Program-made: the position numbers and the translations under genes | Source of the DNA: Vampirovibrionaceae bacterium NZW_1234 | GTDB taxonomy: Bacteria; Cyanobacteriota; Vampirovibrionia; Vampirovibrionales; JAGQHJ01 | NCBI GenBank assembly: GCA_041697335.1 | Contig: JBGUGD010000035.1 | Location: 32,001-96,000 of the forward strand | Length of the DNA: 64,000 bases | Reading direction: 5' to 3' | Notes under the pieces: generated by a model | What the model saw: the letters and a program-made list of their open reading frames with translations, nothing else | What the model was told of the DNA's origin: nothing | The model's database searches: none | Shown: positions 1-8,754 of the stretch, piece after piece | Layout of the letters: every line of letters starts with the position of its first letter | Position numbering within the stretch: the first letter of the stretch is position 1

Positions 1-174
1 AAACATTCATTGCATAAATAATGGAAAACTTAAAAAGTACTATCGTTTAGGAAATCACATATTATCATCCGGATTTTGCGTATGACTGCTAAGACTACAC
101 ATCAAGGTAGAAGTTTAGTATAGCCTTATCGAGATCGCTTTATATAAACTTACTTAATATGGACAAATACTCGC

Positions 175-1296
175 TTAAAAGTGCTCTCGAAAGCGATCTT
201 TGGCATCGTCCGCAATGGTCGAATTAACGTGGGATACTGTCACACCACGAAAATACTTAAAGAAATCATCGTAAGGAACCACCAGGGGCTTACTGGATTC
301 ATGGGGATTTTTAATAATGATTTCTCGCCTGGTGCTGTCCACTTTATGTACGGAATACGTGTGCCATGCCGGGTACTTTTGTCCGGGATCCACATACATT
401 TGATCAGGTTTGGGGCGAGGAAGCGTCCATACATTGAGAATGTATTTTTCCGGCTGCCGGGAATAGTCATTTAACTGCGATTCAAACTTTTCCGGATGTT
501 CCATCATATTTCCCTCGGCATCCATGTTAAAAAAAACAAGCTCCGCATCCCAACCTGTTAAATCACGAAATGCAATTTTGCCGTTGTAATGATATTTATC
601 ACGATCAAAATACAACGTCATAATATCGTCATCCGGTATATGGGCAAACACATCAGGGAAGAGTTTTTTTTGCAGCTGCGCATAGGCAAGCTCTAGTACT
701 TTTACCATGGGACTGCCATGGACAAAGGAATGAAAGGTACGCATACCCTTGGGCATTTTTTCAAACACTCCTTGCAGCTGGGCGTGATCCTCGGGATCAA
801 TCACCAAACGACCCGTGGGAGTTTCTTTGAGCAGTTTCTGATACCATTGAGCCTGGCTACGGGTGAGCGCAATCCCTTGACGTTTTGCGAACACTCGAAT
901 GTGATCGATCAACGTTTTGGGCCTTGGCTGGGATTGAGGTCGCACAATTATCGGCAAATTAGGAAAGCGTTTGAATGTGACTTTATACGATCCATCCGGT
1001 TGGACCTTAACGATCTGGTTCAGTATTTTGTATCCTTCAGGGTGATTCACTAAGGCATCGATGGCCGTCAATAATTGACAATCCGGCACAGCCCCCTGCT
1101 TGATATTGATCCGCCGAGGAAACGTCGAAGGCATTGCCCCCTGGAAATGCACCGTATCTTGAAGGAAGACCAACCCCCTTCTCTGATGATAGGGTTTCCT
1201 AGACAGCCCATAGCCTTGAGGAGCACCTGCATTTTGTAAAATCGGGAACCCTTGTATTAATCTCTCGGACACTGACTTATAAATCCTCAACCACAA
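175..1296 (-). CDS. Calpain-like (peptidase C2) cysteine protease
   Basis: IKQGAVPDCQLL (QGxxxDCxxL catalytic Cys), HTYSV (His) and IKNPH (Asn) match the calpain catalytic triad pattern. Start uncertain. Confidence 0.75.
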   Translation of the reverse strand: MWLRIYKSVSERLIQGFPILQNAGAPQGYGLSRKPYHQRRGLVFLQDTVHFQGAMPSTFPRRINIKQGAVPDCQLLTAIDALVNHPEGYKILNQIVKVQPDGSYKVTFKRFPNLPIIVRPQSQPRPKTLIDHIRVFAKRQGIALTRSQAQWYQKLLKETPTGRLVIDPEDHAQLQGVFEKMPKGMRTFHSFVHGSPMVKVLELAYAQLQKKLFPDVFAHIPDDDIMTLYFDRDKYHYNGKIAFRDLTGWDAELVFFNMDAEGNMMEHPEKFESQLNDYSRQPEKYILNVWTLPRPKPDQMYVDPGQKYPAWHTYSVHKVDSTRREIIIKNPHESSKPLVVPYDDFFKYFRGVTVSHVNSTIADDAKDRFREHF

Positions 1297-1371
1297 CCCA
1301 TACGAATATCAAATAATCGACACTCCCATAATATTGCTTTGATTTCATATGATTAGAATAAGGGGCAAAAA

Positions 1372-1421
1372 AATGGTGGGCGGTACAAGATTCGAACTTG
1401 TGACCCCTTCCGTGTGAAGGA
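1372..1421 (-). repeat. att site: duplicated 3' portion of tRNA-Val
   Basis: AATGGTGGGCGGTACAAGATTCGAACTTGTGACCCCTTCCGTGTGAAGGA is identical to 37945-37994 and diverges at the anticodon stem. Confidence 0.92.
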
Positions 1422-1491
1422 TACGGTACAAACCTTTACACAGAGCCAATTTTGCCATATGTCATTGTAAAAAATCTAATATTCTCGAAAT

Positions 1492-1640
1492 TTTATGTCC
1501 CCAAAATAGCACTTTATGTCCCAGTTTTTGAACCATCATAAGCACAAAGTAATACTTCACCTAGCTTTGGAACCCTACCCAACAATCCGCAGAGGACATA
1601 AATAGGTCATAAAATGATGCTAAACATATTTAATATGACC
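1492..1640. repeat. Cluster of TTTATG(T/A)CC motifs just inside the att end
   Basis: TTTATGTCC at 1492 and 1513 (21 bp apart), inverted GGACATAAA at 1594 and GGTCATAAA at 1605, TATGACC at 1634. Confidence 0.65.
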
Positions 1641-1695
1641 AAAGTGAGCCGAGAAAGGCTCAGATCAATTGTATTTTATGTGTATAGAAAAACAG

Positions 1696-3339
1696 CTAGT
1701 ATAATCCAACACGTTTCCTGAGCTGCTCAACACATCCATGTAATGCATCAGGACCATCGTCATGGCTCGTTGGGAACAGTTGCATCTGCGAAATCAACCG
1801 TGGGGTTATATCGATATTGAAAAGCAGATGCCCGTTAGTGACTAAGGGCTCCATGCTGGCAATACGCTTTTCCTTGTTGCGATGCTGGGTAACACCCGAC
1901 AGAATAAAGGATTCACCATGCCGATTCATCAGATCTCGGTAATGATGCTTCAAAATGCCTTGGAAATTGTTATCCTCCACGCACAGTTTACGGAATCCCC
2001 ACTTTTTGTGTAACGCCAATGCCTGTTCGATTTGCCGAGACGGTACCACTTTTTCGATGTACGCATCCAGACAATAGATATGGCCGTAGCGATCACCTGC
2101 ACATACCACAATGGCAGCATAATCCGAATCTTTACCTTCAGCCATGGACGGATCATGAAATGCGACAATGGGAGAGAAATCCCGCCAGGGGATAAACCGC
2201 TCTGACGCGTCCAACCAGCGAACACCCAGAGGTTCACCACTCGTGTCGTATTCCATTTTGAAGCGCTGGGCGCGGTTCATATCAAAAATTTGACGTTCTG
2301 GGTCATAGGGATCGTTTTGCTTTTCCGATTGGAAGCTGGCTTGCCCTTCATTGACCATGACCTGCATCAAACGAAGGTAGGATTCGGCCTCAGGCCAGAG
2401 CACCTCCGTACCTTCCAGCATCTCTGCTTGGTGAGACTCATAAAAGGCTTGGGCGGCTTTGGCCCGATCCGGATTGGTCAGGTCGGTGTAAATACGTCTC
2501 CACTCCTCCCATAGAGCCTGGTTTTGGGCAAACGAAATGACTGCCTGATACTTCCTGCCATTCCAACCGGGAGAAACCAATAACTCAGGCAGTAAGGCTT
2601 CTGGGTGTAGGCATGTCCCAATCACCATCACATTGGCCTGACCATCAACACTGCCCAACTTCAGAATGTCTTTTTCGAGCCATTGCCGTGTTTTATAACG
2701 CTGCTCCTCGCTCAACACCTTATCCGGTGACTCAATATCATCCAAGATAATCAATGTAGGACGATATTGACCATGTTTGAGTCCTCGGACCTGTTTCCCT
2801 CGAGATTTGGCCATGACCCGAATATCATTCTGAGTAACGAAGTTCTTGGTGCTCCACCCCAACTGCCCTTTTGTGGGTGCCAAACAGCCATAGACCTCCT
2901 GCAGCAACGCATTATTCTCAAGCTCCAATAAAATATCCCGGACTTTGGCTTCAGCCTCTGGAGCGGAGTGCCCAAAGATGAGTATAAAATGCTCATAACC
3001 ATAGACAATGCTGTGGAGTGCTCGAAACAATACCTTAAACGTCGTTTTTGCATGCCCCCGGGGTGCGGCAATAGCATCACGCTGCCCTCGACGCAGCGGA
3101 TCCATCTCTGCCGCAATAAAATCCAAGTGCATTGGTGAAAAGGGGTACCCGCAATGATGAGGGAAAAAGGTTTCGACAAAAAAGCGAAAGTCAAAGAACC
3201 CACGGATATAGAGATACTCTCTGCGGGCCTGATCCGAAACATTCGGATCCTTAATCTGGTTTAAGTAGGTCGAGTCGCTCAATAGCTTTTTGGAGTTCGG
3301 CTGAGAGAGAAGGTGTTGCAGCGGGTGCCGGCTCACCAA
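1696..3339 (-). CDS. Phage terminase large subunit-like
   Basis: Walker A APRGHAKTT, Walker B LIILDD, and C-terminal RNase H-like nuclease motifs (FHDPS...DY...; HDDGPDAL). Confidence 0.85.
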   Translation of the reverse strand: MVSRHPLQHLLSQPNSKKLLSDSTYLNQIKDPNVSDQARREYLYIRGFFDFRFFVETFFPHHCGYPFSPMHLDFIAAEMDPLRRGQRDAIAAPRGHAKTTFKVLFRALHSIVYGYEHFILIFGHSAPEAEAKVRDILLELENNALLQEVYGCLAPTKGQLGWSTKNFVTQNDIRVMAKSRGKQVRGLKHGQYRPTLIILDDIESPDKVLSEEQRYKTRQWLEKDILKLGSVDGQANVMVIGTCLHPEALLPELLVSPGWNGRKYQAVISFAQNQALWEEWRRIYTDLTNPDRAKAAQAFYESHQAEMLEGTEVLWPEAESYLRLMQVMVNEGQASFQSEKQNDPYDPERQIFDMNRAQRFKMEYDTSGEPLGVRWLDASERFIPWRDFSPIVAFHDPSMAEGKDSDYAAIVVCAGDRYGHIYCLDAYIEKVVPSRQIEQALALHKKWGFRKLCVEDNNFQGILKHHYRDLMNRHGESFILSGVTQHRNKEKRIASMEPLVTNGHLLFNIDITPRLISQMQLFPTSHDDGPDALHGCVEQLRKRVGLY

Positions 3340-3700
3340 CGAATCCTCCTTTCAAGTTAGGATTGGTGCGGTGTACTTCAAGTTGGGTACGAAGAATCTG
3401 ATTCAGAACTTTACGATCCGGGTTTTTCGAATTCTGCTCGGCAGCAAATAGTTCATCGACACGCTCCCACAGGAGTCCCCGTTCTTCATCCGATGCTTGA
3501 CGACCGATACTTGCAAGGATTTGACGTGCGCGTTCAATAGCCCGATTTGCTGTTCTAGCAGAGATGCCCTCACTTTGCATGAGTGCATTACGGATTTTGC
3601 GATCCGAGAAACGACGCTTGGTGATGAGCTCCAAAACCTGATCCACCCGCTTCTCTAACATTTCCCTGGTCGCTCGTTTACGTTTGGGCTTGGCCATCAT
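3251..3700 (-). CDS. HTH protein, putative terminase small subunit
   Basis: Basic N-terminus, HTH-like EGISARTANRAI, directly upstream of TerL, RBS GAGGTGG before the ATG at 3700/3697. Confidence 0.55.
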   Translation of the reverse strand: MMAKPKRKRATREMLEKRVDQVLELITKRRFSDRKIRNALMQSEGISARTANRAIERARQILASIGRQASDEERGLLWERVDELFAAEQNSKNPDRKVLNQILRTQLEVHRTNPNLKGGFVGEPAPAATPSLSAELQKAIERLDLLKPD

Positions 3701-4322
3701 CCACCTCATGACAAGAAAGTGCATCACGACAAATGGCCACCAGTGCATCACCCTGATCTGATTGGCGGCGAGCTTGATAAAACGCAAGGGCTTCTCGGAC
3801 CAATGCGGCATCTTCCGCAGAAAGCATAAACCCAAAAGGGACTGGAAGGGTTTGCCGCTCCTCCTCCATTTGAGCGTCAAACGCCTTCTCCAGGGCATCT
3901 TCATCCTGTTTGATCAGTGCCAGTAACCCTTCGATTTCTTCCCCGCTTTCAGGCAGCATTAAAGACAGATCGTTCAAGGAAAACGGCCCCAGCAACGACT
4001 CAATCAGTTCAGCCCGCTTCCTGGGCATATCCGTGCCCCTTAAACGGTTTAATGTCAGCAGCAATAACCCGGCTTCTTCATCCGTCATCTCCTTAATCTG
4101 GCAGTCAATTTCCTTCCAGCCCAGTAACTGTGCAACCATCAAGCGATGGTGACCATCCACGACAATATAGTGTTTAGATCGCTTAGGATGTGGGCGTACC
4201 AACAGGGACGGACAAAATCCGGAACGCTCCATATGGCGGCGCAGTTTTTCAAGGACGGATGGGCCACAAACATTGGCATTCCGGGGGTCAGGATGCAATT
4301 GTTTCAGGGCAATCCGTGTCAT
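3678..4322 (-). CDS. ParB/Sulfiredoxin N-terminal domain protein (phage-type)
   Basis: LHPDPRNAN...YIVVDGHHRL...LNRLRG; ATGA-coupled to the upstream methylase. Confidence 0.85.
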   Translation of the reverse strand: MTRIALKQLHPDPRNANVCGPSVLEKLRRHMERSGFCPSLLVRPHPKRSKHYIVVDGHHRLMVAQLLGWKEIDCQIKEMTDEEAGLLLLTLNRLRGTDMPRKRAELIESLLGPFSLNDLSLMLPESGEEIEGLLALIKQDEDALEKAFDAQMEEERQTLPVPFGFMLSAEDAALVREALAFYQARRQSDQGDALVAICRDALSCHEVDDGQAQT

Positions 4323-5392
4323 ACCATTCCTCCTTCCGGGTAGGCCAGTACCAATAATTCCTGATTATTCTTATTTTTACTGACATGACTTAAGTGACGA
4401 TATCGTTTGGCATACCCTTCGACGATTCGGGGACCGGCATGAACACTCACCATGGCTTTAAGGTCTTCCAAAGACAGATCGGGCCCCCCATAGCTGAGAA
4501 GCCAAACGGGTATATGATCCGCTTGGGCCAGGAGAGCATTGAGAGTCTCCGTGTTTTTGGAAAAGGCAGAGACCTGAGGACAGGCCGACAAGGGGTTGCC
4601 CATCAGCAGTGCATCCAAAACCTCATTGGCTTTTTCATAGGACACGGTACCGGCATACGGCGGATCTAAATACAAGATGTCCCCCTGGACTTTGGAAAGC
4701 AAGGAAATGGCATCTTCCTGATACACCTGAACCGATGAGCCTCCTATTACGCCACCATTAATTTGGCTGCGCTTCGTTTCGAGACTTTTCCAGACAGGTT
4801 GGCACAGACGCTTTAAACTCCCATCCGTAAATCGCTTGGGGTTAATGGAATCCCAAGAACGCTTGCCATCAAGGGCTTCTGCAAAAGGGCGGTTGCTGGT
4901 CCCCAAGGAAGAGCCGAATGCCACGAAATCGCTCGCTAGCTTCCACATGAGAACCAACAAAAGCGCTTGCTTCACGGGATCCGGGTGTTGCTTGGCCCAG
5001 TAGAACCCTTGATCCAAAGCCCGGGCATGGCGCATCGAAAAAACCGACGGACAATATCGAGCTTCAATCCAACCCGGACCTTGAGCCAGAGGCTGGGTAA
5101 GCCACAGGGTATCTTCCTTGTTGAGTTGTACGCGTTGGTTGGTTAAAAAGGCGGTCGCCAAGATCCCTGAGCGAATGGAAATATCGTTGGCGATGACTTG
5201 CTGAAACCCTTGAGCTTTGGCCCAATATGAAACGGCTCCACCTCCCATGAATAAATCGATAAAAGTCAGTTGATTCCACCTGATTGGTGGACAAGCCTTG
5301 GTCAGCGTTGTACCAATCCAGCCAAGAAGCTTTCGTTTGTTTCCAAAGTAAGCCGGTAAAGCTTGGATTTGCTTTTGCAAAGGTGTCGACAT
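4319..5392 (-). CDS. DNA adenine (N6) methyltransferase, D12/Dam-like class
   Basis: YFGNKRKL, DLFMGGGAVS (SAM binding) and YLDPPY catalytic motif. Start placed at MSTPLQK. Confidence 0.85.
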   Translation of the reverse strand: MSTPLQKQIQALPAYFGNKRKLLGWIGTTLTKACPPIRWNQLTFIDLFMGGGAVSYWAKAQGFQQVIANDISIRSGILATAFLTNQRVQLNKEDTLWLTQPLAQGPGWIEARYCPSVFSMRHARALDQGFYWAKQHPDPVKQALLLVLMWKLASDFVAFGSSLGTSNRPFAEALDGKRSWDSINPKRFTDGSLKRLCQPVWKSLETKRSQINGGVIGGSSVQVYQEDAISLLSKVQGDILYLDPPYAGTVSYEKANEVLDALLMGNPLSACPQVSAFSKNTETLNALLAQADHIPVWLLSYGGPDLSLEDLKAMVSVHAGPRIVEGYAKRYRHLSHVSKNKNNQELLVLAYPEGGMV

Positions 5393-5494
5393 TACAGAAA
5401 CCTTTCCTCTTGTAGAAATCACCTTAATTATTGCCTCCGCTATAGGCATTCATCTATAATTACAACCATACATATTGTCGACAGCTACAAATAC

Positions 5495-6331
5495 ATGACC
5501 AAAAAGACTTATCCCTACCTTAGGAAGGTGTTTGAAGAACTCCTCCTTTCTAAAGGAGCAGATTTCAAAACTGTCCTGGATTTCACCAACGTTTTAAACA
5601 CGCATAGCATACAAACCCTGTATGACAGCCTTGAGTTAAAAGGAATTGAATTTTACACAACATTTATTGAACCTTGGCGCAATTTGACCGATGAGCAATT
5701 AACCCAGGTGGTCGCCCTTTGGAATGCACACTTATTAACTCACCGTCAATGGGTCATGAACATAACCACGTCTTGCGATTACCGTGCCCTGCAATGGACA
5801 CTGGTCAATGTGTATGAGACCCAGCTATTTGATGTTTTTCTGGATGATTATGAATCAGAACTATCTTGCAAAGGCCCGATTGAACAATTGGATTGGATAA
5901 CCCACTCGTTTGTTGCCCCGATCTACTCACTTCCCTATAAACAATGTCGATTTTGTGGACGCTTAGACACCGATCCCAGAGGTAGAGCATTTGGAAAAAG
6001 AAACCTCAATTTTTGCCACCTTACTGGTTGTCCTTCGGATCCAAGCCCAAGCTCTCACCCAACCGGCTGTTGCTATGGCGATTGGAAACGCATCAAGAAC
6101 AATATTCGCCTCCAGTGCAAACGGACAGAGCAGGAGCCGCAAAAAGTCATTCAAGCATTTATTCAATTTGTCAAAGAACGTTATGAGCATAACGTTCAAG
6201 TTAATAAAATCATGGTTCGGGTTCAACAGGAAAAACCGAAAAAATGGGCCTCTGTTGCCGATCAAACAGCTATTTTCGTATATCCAAACGAACATCCTGC
6301 CTCTGTCGTGCCACGTGAGTCTATATTTTAA
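5495..6331 (+). CDS. Hypothetical protein with Cys cluster (possible Zn binding)
   Basis: Long ORF divergent from the methylase; CRFCG...C...C...CC pattern. Confidence 0.55.
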   Translation: MTKKTYPYLRKVFEELLLSKGADFKTVLDFTNVLNTHSIQTLYDSLELKGIEFYTTFIEPWRNLTDEQLTQVVALWNAHLLTHRQWVMNITTSCDYRALQWTLVNVYETQLFDVFLDDYESELSCKGPIEQLDWITHSFVAPIYSLPYKQCRFCGRLDTDPRGRAFGKRNLNFCHLTGCPSDPSPSSHPTGCCYGDWKRIKNNIRLQCKRTEQEPQKVIQAFIQFVKERYEHNVQVNKIMVRVQQEKPKKWASVADQTAIFVYPNEHPASVVPRESIF

Positions 6332-6359
6332 GCTTGAATCTGCAGAGCTCTGCGGATTC

Positions 6360-6734
6360 CTAATACGGGTCACCCAATGGAAAACATAGAGTCGTTTTTG
6401 GAATAGGAACTGCTTCAATCAGCCCCTCCTGCTTGGCCCATTTAAAAAACATGCACAATACTCGATACGTCTTTTTAACCGTTTGAGGTGCCCTCGGTTT
6501 ACCATTGGTCAGAGCAAGCAATTCATCGGATTTCATGAATTTACCCACCTGAAATTTCATAATGGACGTAAGCGGTTTATCCGGTCCAAAAAAGCGTTGA
6601 ATTTGCTCAAAATCTTTGCCATAGGTGTACAACGTGCGAGGGGATTTACCTGCCTTGGCCAAGCACTCCATGTAAGCTTGGATGGCTCCTTTAAGAGTAA
6701 TGTTTGGAGTCATTATTCTCTCCTTTAAGTTCAA
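6360..6734 (-). CDS. Stand-alone phage integrase N-terminal SAM-like (core-binding) domain protein
   Basis: YMECL...GKSPRTLYTY...L...F...P.TV.K...VL..FFKWA..EGLI pattern; no catalytic domain. Confidence 0.7.
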   Translation of the reverse strand: MNLKERIMTPNITLKGAIQAYMECLAKAGKSPRTLYTYGKDFEQIQRFFGPDKPLTSIMKFQVGKFMKSDELLALTNGKPRAPQTVKKTYRVLCMFFKWAKQEGLIEAVPIPKTTLCFPLGDPY

Positions 6735-6764
6735 AAGATAAATCTATACTTGATCATCTAAATA

Positions 6765-7634
6765 CTACTCCCAGCTTTGCATGGCCTGAATCGTTTCATC
6801 CTCAGTTGTCATGCAATATGAGCGGGTCGTTGTGATACAGCTATGGCCACAGGCAATTTGCAACATCGGTAAGGGACGACCTTTGTTGGCATTAATCGTG
6901 ACAAATGCTCGGCGCAATGCGTGAGGTGTCACTTTCACTCCGGCCTTTTTGCCTAACTTCTCTATTCGCTCTCGAATACCATAGCGTGTTATTGGCTTAC
7001 TGTGTTTATCAAGAAACAGATAAGCATTTCCACTAAAAGGTTGTCTTGTAACAAGATATTGTTCCAGTACTTCCAAAAGGTGAGGTGATAACCCTACTCG
7101 TCTAGATTTTCCCCATTTAGCTACTTGAATGGTTAATACCTTGCTCTCCAAATCCAAGTCGTTGATTCTCAAATTTGCCGCTTCAGATACCCTAAGCCCT
7201 GTTGAACTGAGTAATATCAACAACGTCTTATCCAATAACACATTGGCCTTATCTAGCATAAGCTGAATCTCTGGTTCAGAAACCGTCGTCTTTCGTGGTG
7301 GCAAATGACGCTTTGGCTTGTATCGTTTAGCCTGCTCCAAATAGTCTTCTGTAAGCTGACCCTCTTCGATAAGGAATTTGGCAAAGCAATTAAGCGCTTG
7401 ATATAACTTGAACCGCTTTGCAAACTGCTCTGGAGGAATCTCTAGCATCGTAAGCTTTAAATTTTGGATAGAAACTAGCTCATATTTCTTTAAAAACCAC
7501 TTGGCATAGAGTAGATAAGTTGAAACACTATGCTCACTAAACGGCCTTCCTCCCATTAACCCACATCGCATTGCTTTTTCCCAATAAGGCAAAAACTCAA
7601 TCTGATTTGTAGATGAGGTTCTCAAGGCTTGCAT
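6765..7634 (-). CDS. Tyrosine recombinase / integrase
   Basis: TGLRVSE (R), KWGK (K), HALRR (HxxR), GHS and Y catalytic residues; clear paralogue of 36758-38023. Confidence 0.9.
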   Translation of the reverse strand: MQALRTSSTNQIEFLPYWEKAMRCGLMGGRPFSEHSVSTYLLYAKWFLKKYELVSIQNLKLTMLEIPPEQFAKRFKLYQALNCFAKFLIEEGQLTEDYLEQAKRYKPKRHLPPRKTTVSEPEIQLMLDKANVLLDKTLLILLSSTGLRVSEAANLRINDLDLESKVLTIQVAKWGKSRRVGLSPHLLEVLEQYLVTRQPFSGNAYLFLDKHSKPITRYGIRERIEKLGKKAGVKVTPHALRRAFVTINANKGRPLPMLQIACGHSCITTTRSYCMTTEDETIQAMQSWE

Positions 7635-7841
7635 TACTATGTTCTCCTATGTTCGTATCCTTGGGGACACATCCATCACTTACTTAAGGAGTAACATCAA
7701 GTCTTGAGTTCAAGATATAGGTTGAGATGCATGACTAAACATGTAAACATCGTAGAACCTTTGGCATTGACCAAAGGTGACAAGCAAATCTAAATCAATT
7801 CCCAGAGTTTAATAAATAGCGTGGAGAGGAGGCTCCTAACA

Positions 7842-8069
7842 ATGACAGAGCAGAAGAAGAAAACGACATGCCAATTAGATGAAGTGCTTCTCAATAATCT
7901 GGAAATAATTGCAGAAGCAGAAGGTCGCTTGCTTGAGGCCGTTCTAGAAGAAGCCGTGGCCAATTACATCAGACAGAAAATTTCGGATCAACCCAAAGCT
8001 TCGACCATAGAACACTTTCAGTTGAGCCTGGAAAAAAATCGCAAGTTGGGTGAGTTGTTGTCCGAGTAA
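7842..8069 (+). CDS. RHH/CopG-like antitoxin-type small protein
   Basis: N-terminal strand followed by two helices (L...AEAEGR.L..VLEEAV.NYI); strong RBS GAGGAGG. Confidence 0.55.
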   Translation: MTEQKKKTTCQLDEVLLNNLEIIAEAEGRLLEAVLEEAVANYIRQKISDQPKASTIEHFQLSLEKNRKLGELLSE

Positions 8070-8109
8070 AATAATAATCCACCATAGAAATTTTGGTAAT
8101 ACACAAAGC

Positions 8110-8240
8110 CGTTATCGATATGCTTTATTGCAGCCACAGCTAGGATTGAAGTATCTTATACAGATGCCCATCCATTTTTAATGCAATTTATTGATACTCG
8201 AACTTTAAATGTGATCAACCTGCTGCACCAATTGCTTCAA
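8110..8240 (+). pseudogene. Degraded PIN/VapC-like toxin C-terminal fragment
   Basis: With one frameshift it reads IDML-IAATAR...F...LNVIN, resembling PIN C-termini; lies just after the antitoxin-like gene. Confidence 0.35.
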
Positions 8241-8308
8241 AGTCGTATATCATCTCATGAAGCAACGGAGCCCATAAGAATGGCTAGACTAAAAAGAGCA
8301 AAGTATCC

Positions 8309-8671
8309 TTATTGATGCTTGTATATGGCTGCACGCCCGCCAGTTTTGGTGTAACCGTATTCCACTGGGCCTCCGTTCATGGTGGGATTCCCTACTTCAA
8401 AAGGATTCTTTATCAGGCTTCGGGCATAGTCATAGGCATCAGCAAAGCGCCAGTTACTGGTATCCCCGGCATTTTTAAGATCTTTGTCATACAACAGCAC
8501 AACTTCATCCTGGCGATTGTCAAAGGGAAATTCCTGGCGCCACTCGCGAACTTCTTTATTGCGATCATTGCGGCGGGCAAAGCCAATTTCCTGGCCGATG
8601 TAACGCTCAATAGTGTGCTTGGGACGAACGATATGGGCCATGCCGGAAAATTGAACAGTCATGAAACGCAT
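8309..8671 (-). CDS. Hypothetical protein with N-terminal VQFSG motif
   Basis: RBS GAGGAG before the ATG; orphan-like sequence. Confidence 0.55.
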   Translation of the reverse strand: MRFMTVQFSGMAHIVRPKHTIERYIGQEIGFARRNDRNKEVREWRQEFPFDNRQDEVVLLYDKDLKNAGDTSNWRFADAYDYARSLIKNPFEVGNPTMNGGPVEYGYTKTGGRAAIYKHQ

Positions 8672-8754
8672 CTCCTCATATTAAACCTGTCTGCAACGTA
8701 GCAAACAAACGAATGGGTCTAAAAAGATCCTCAACAGTCAAAATTGCCCCGAGC

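Noticed and set aside
1372..1460. Second tRNA-Val gene
   Set aside because: Only the 3' 48 nt of the tRNA are present. The upstream sequence has only weak resemblance to the D arm and cannot form the acceptor stem, so it is treated as an att repeat.
3678..4322. Chromosome/plasmid partition ParB
   Set aside because: No ParA partner, and the context is the phage methylase-terminase module.
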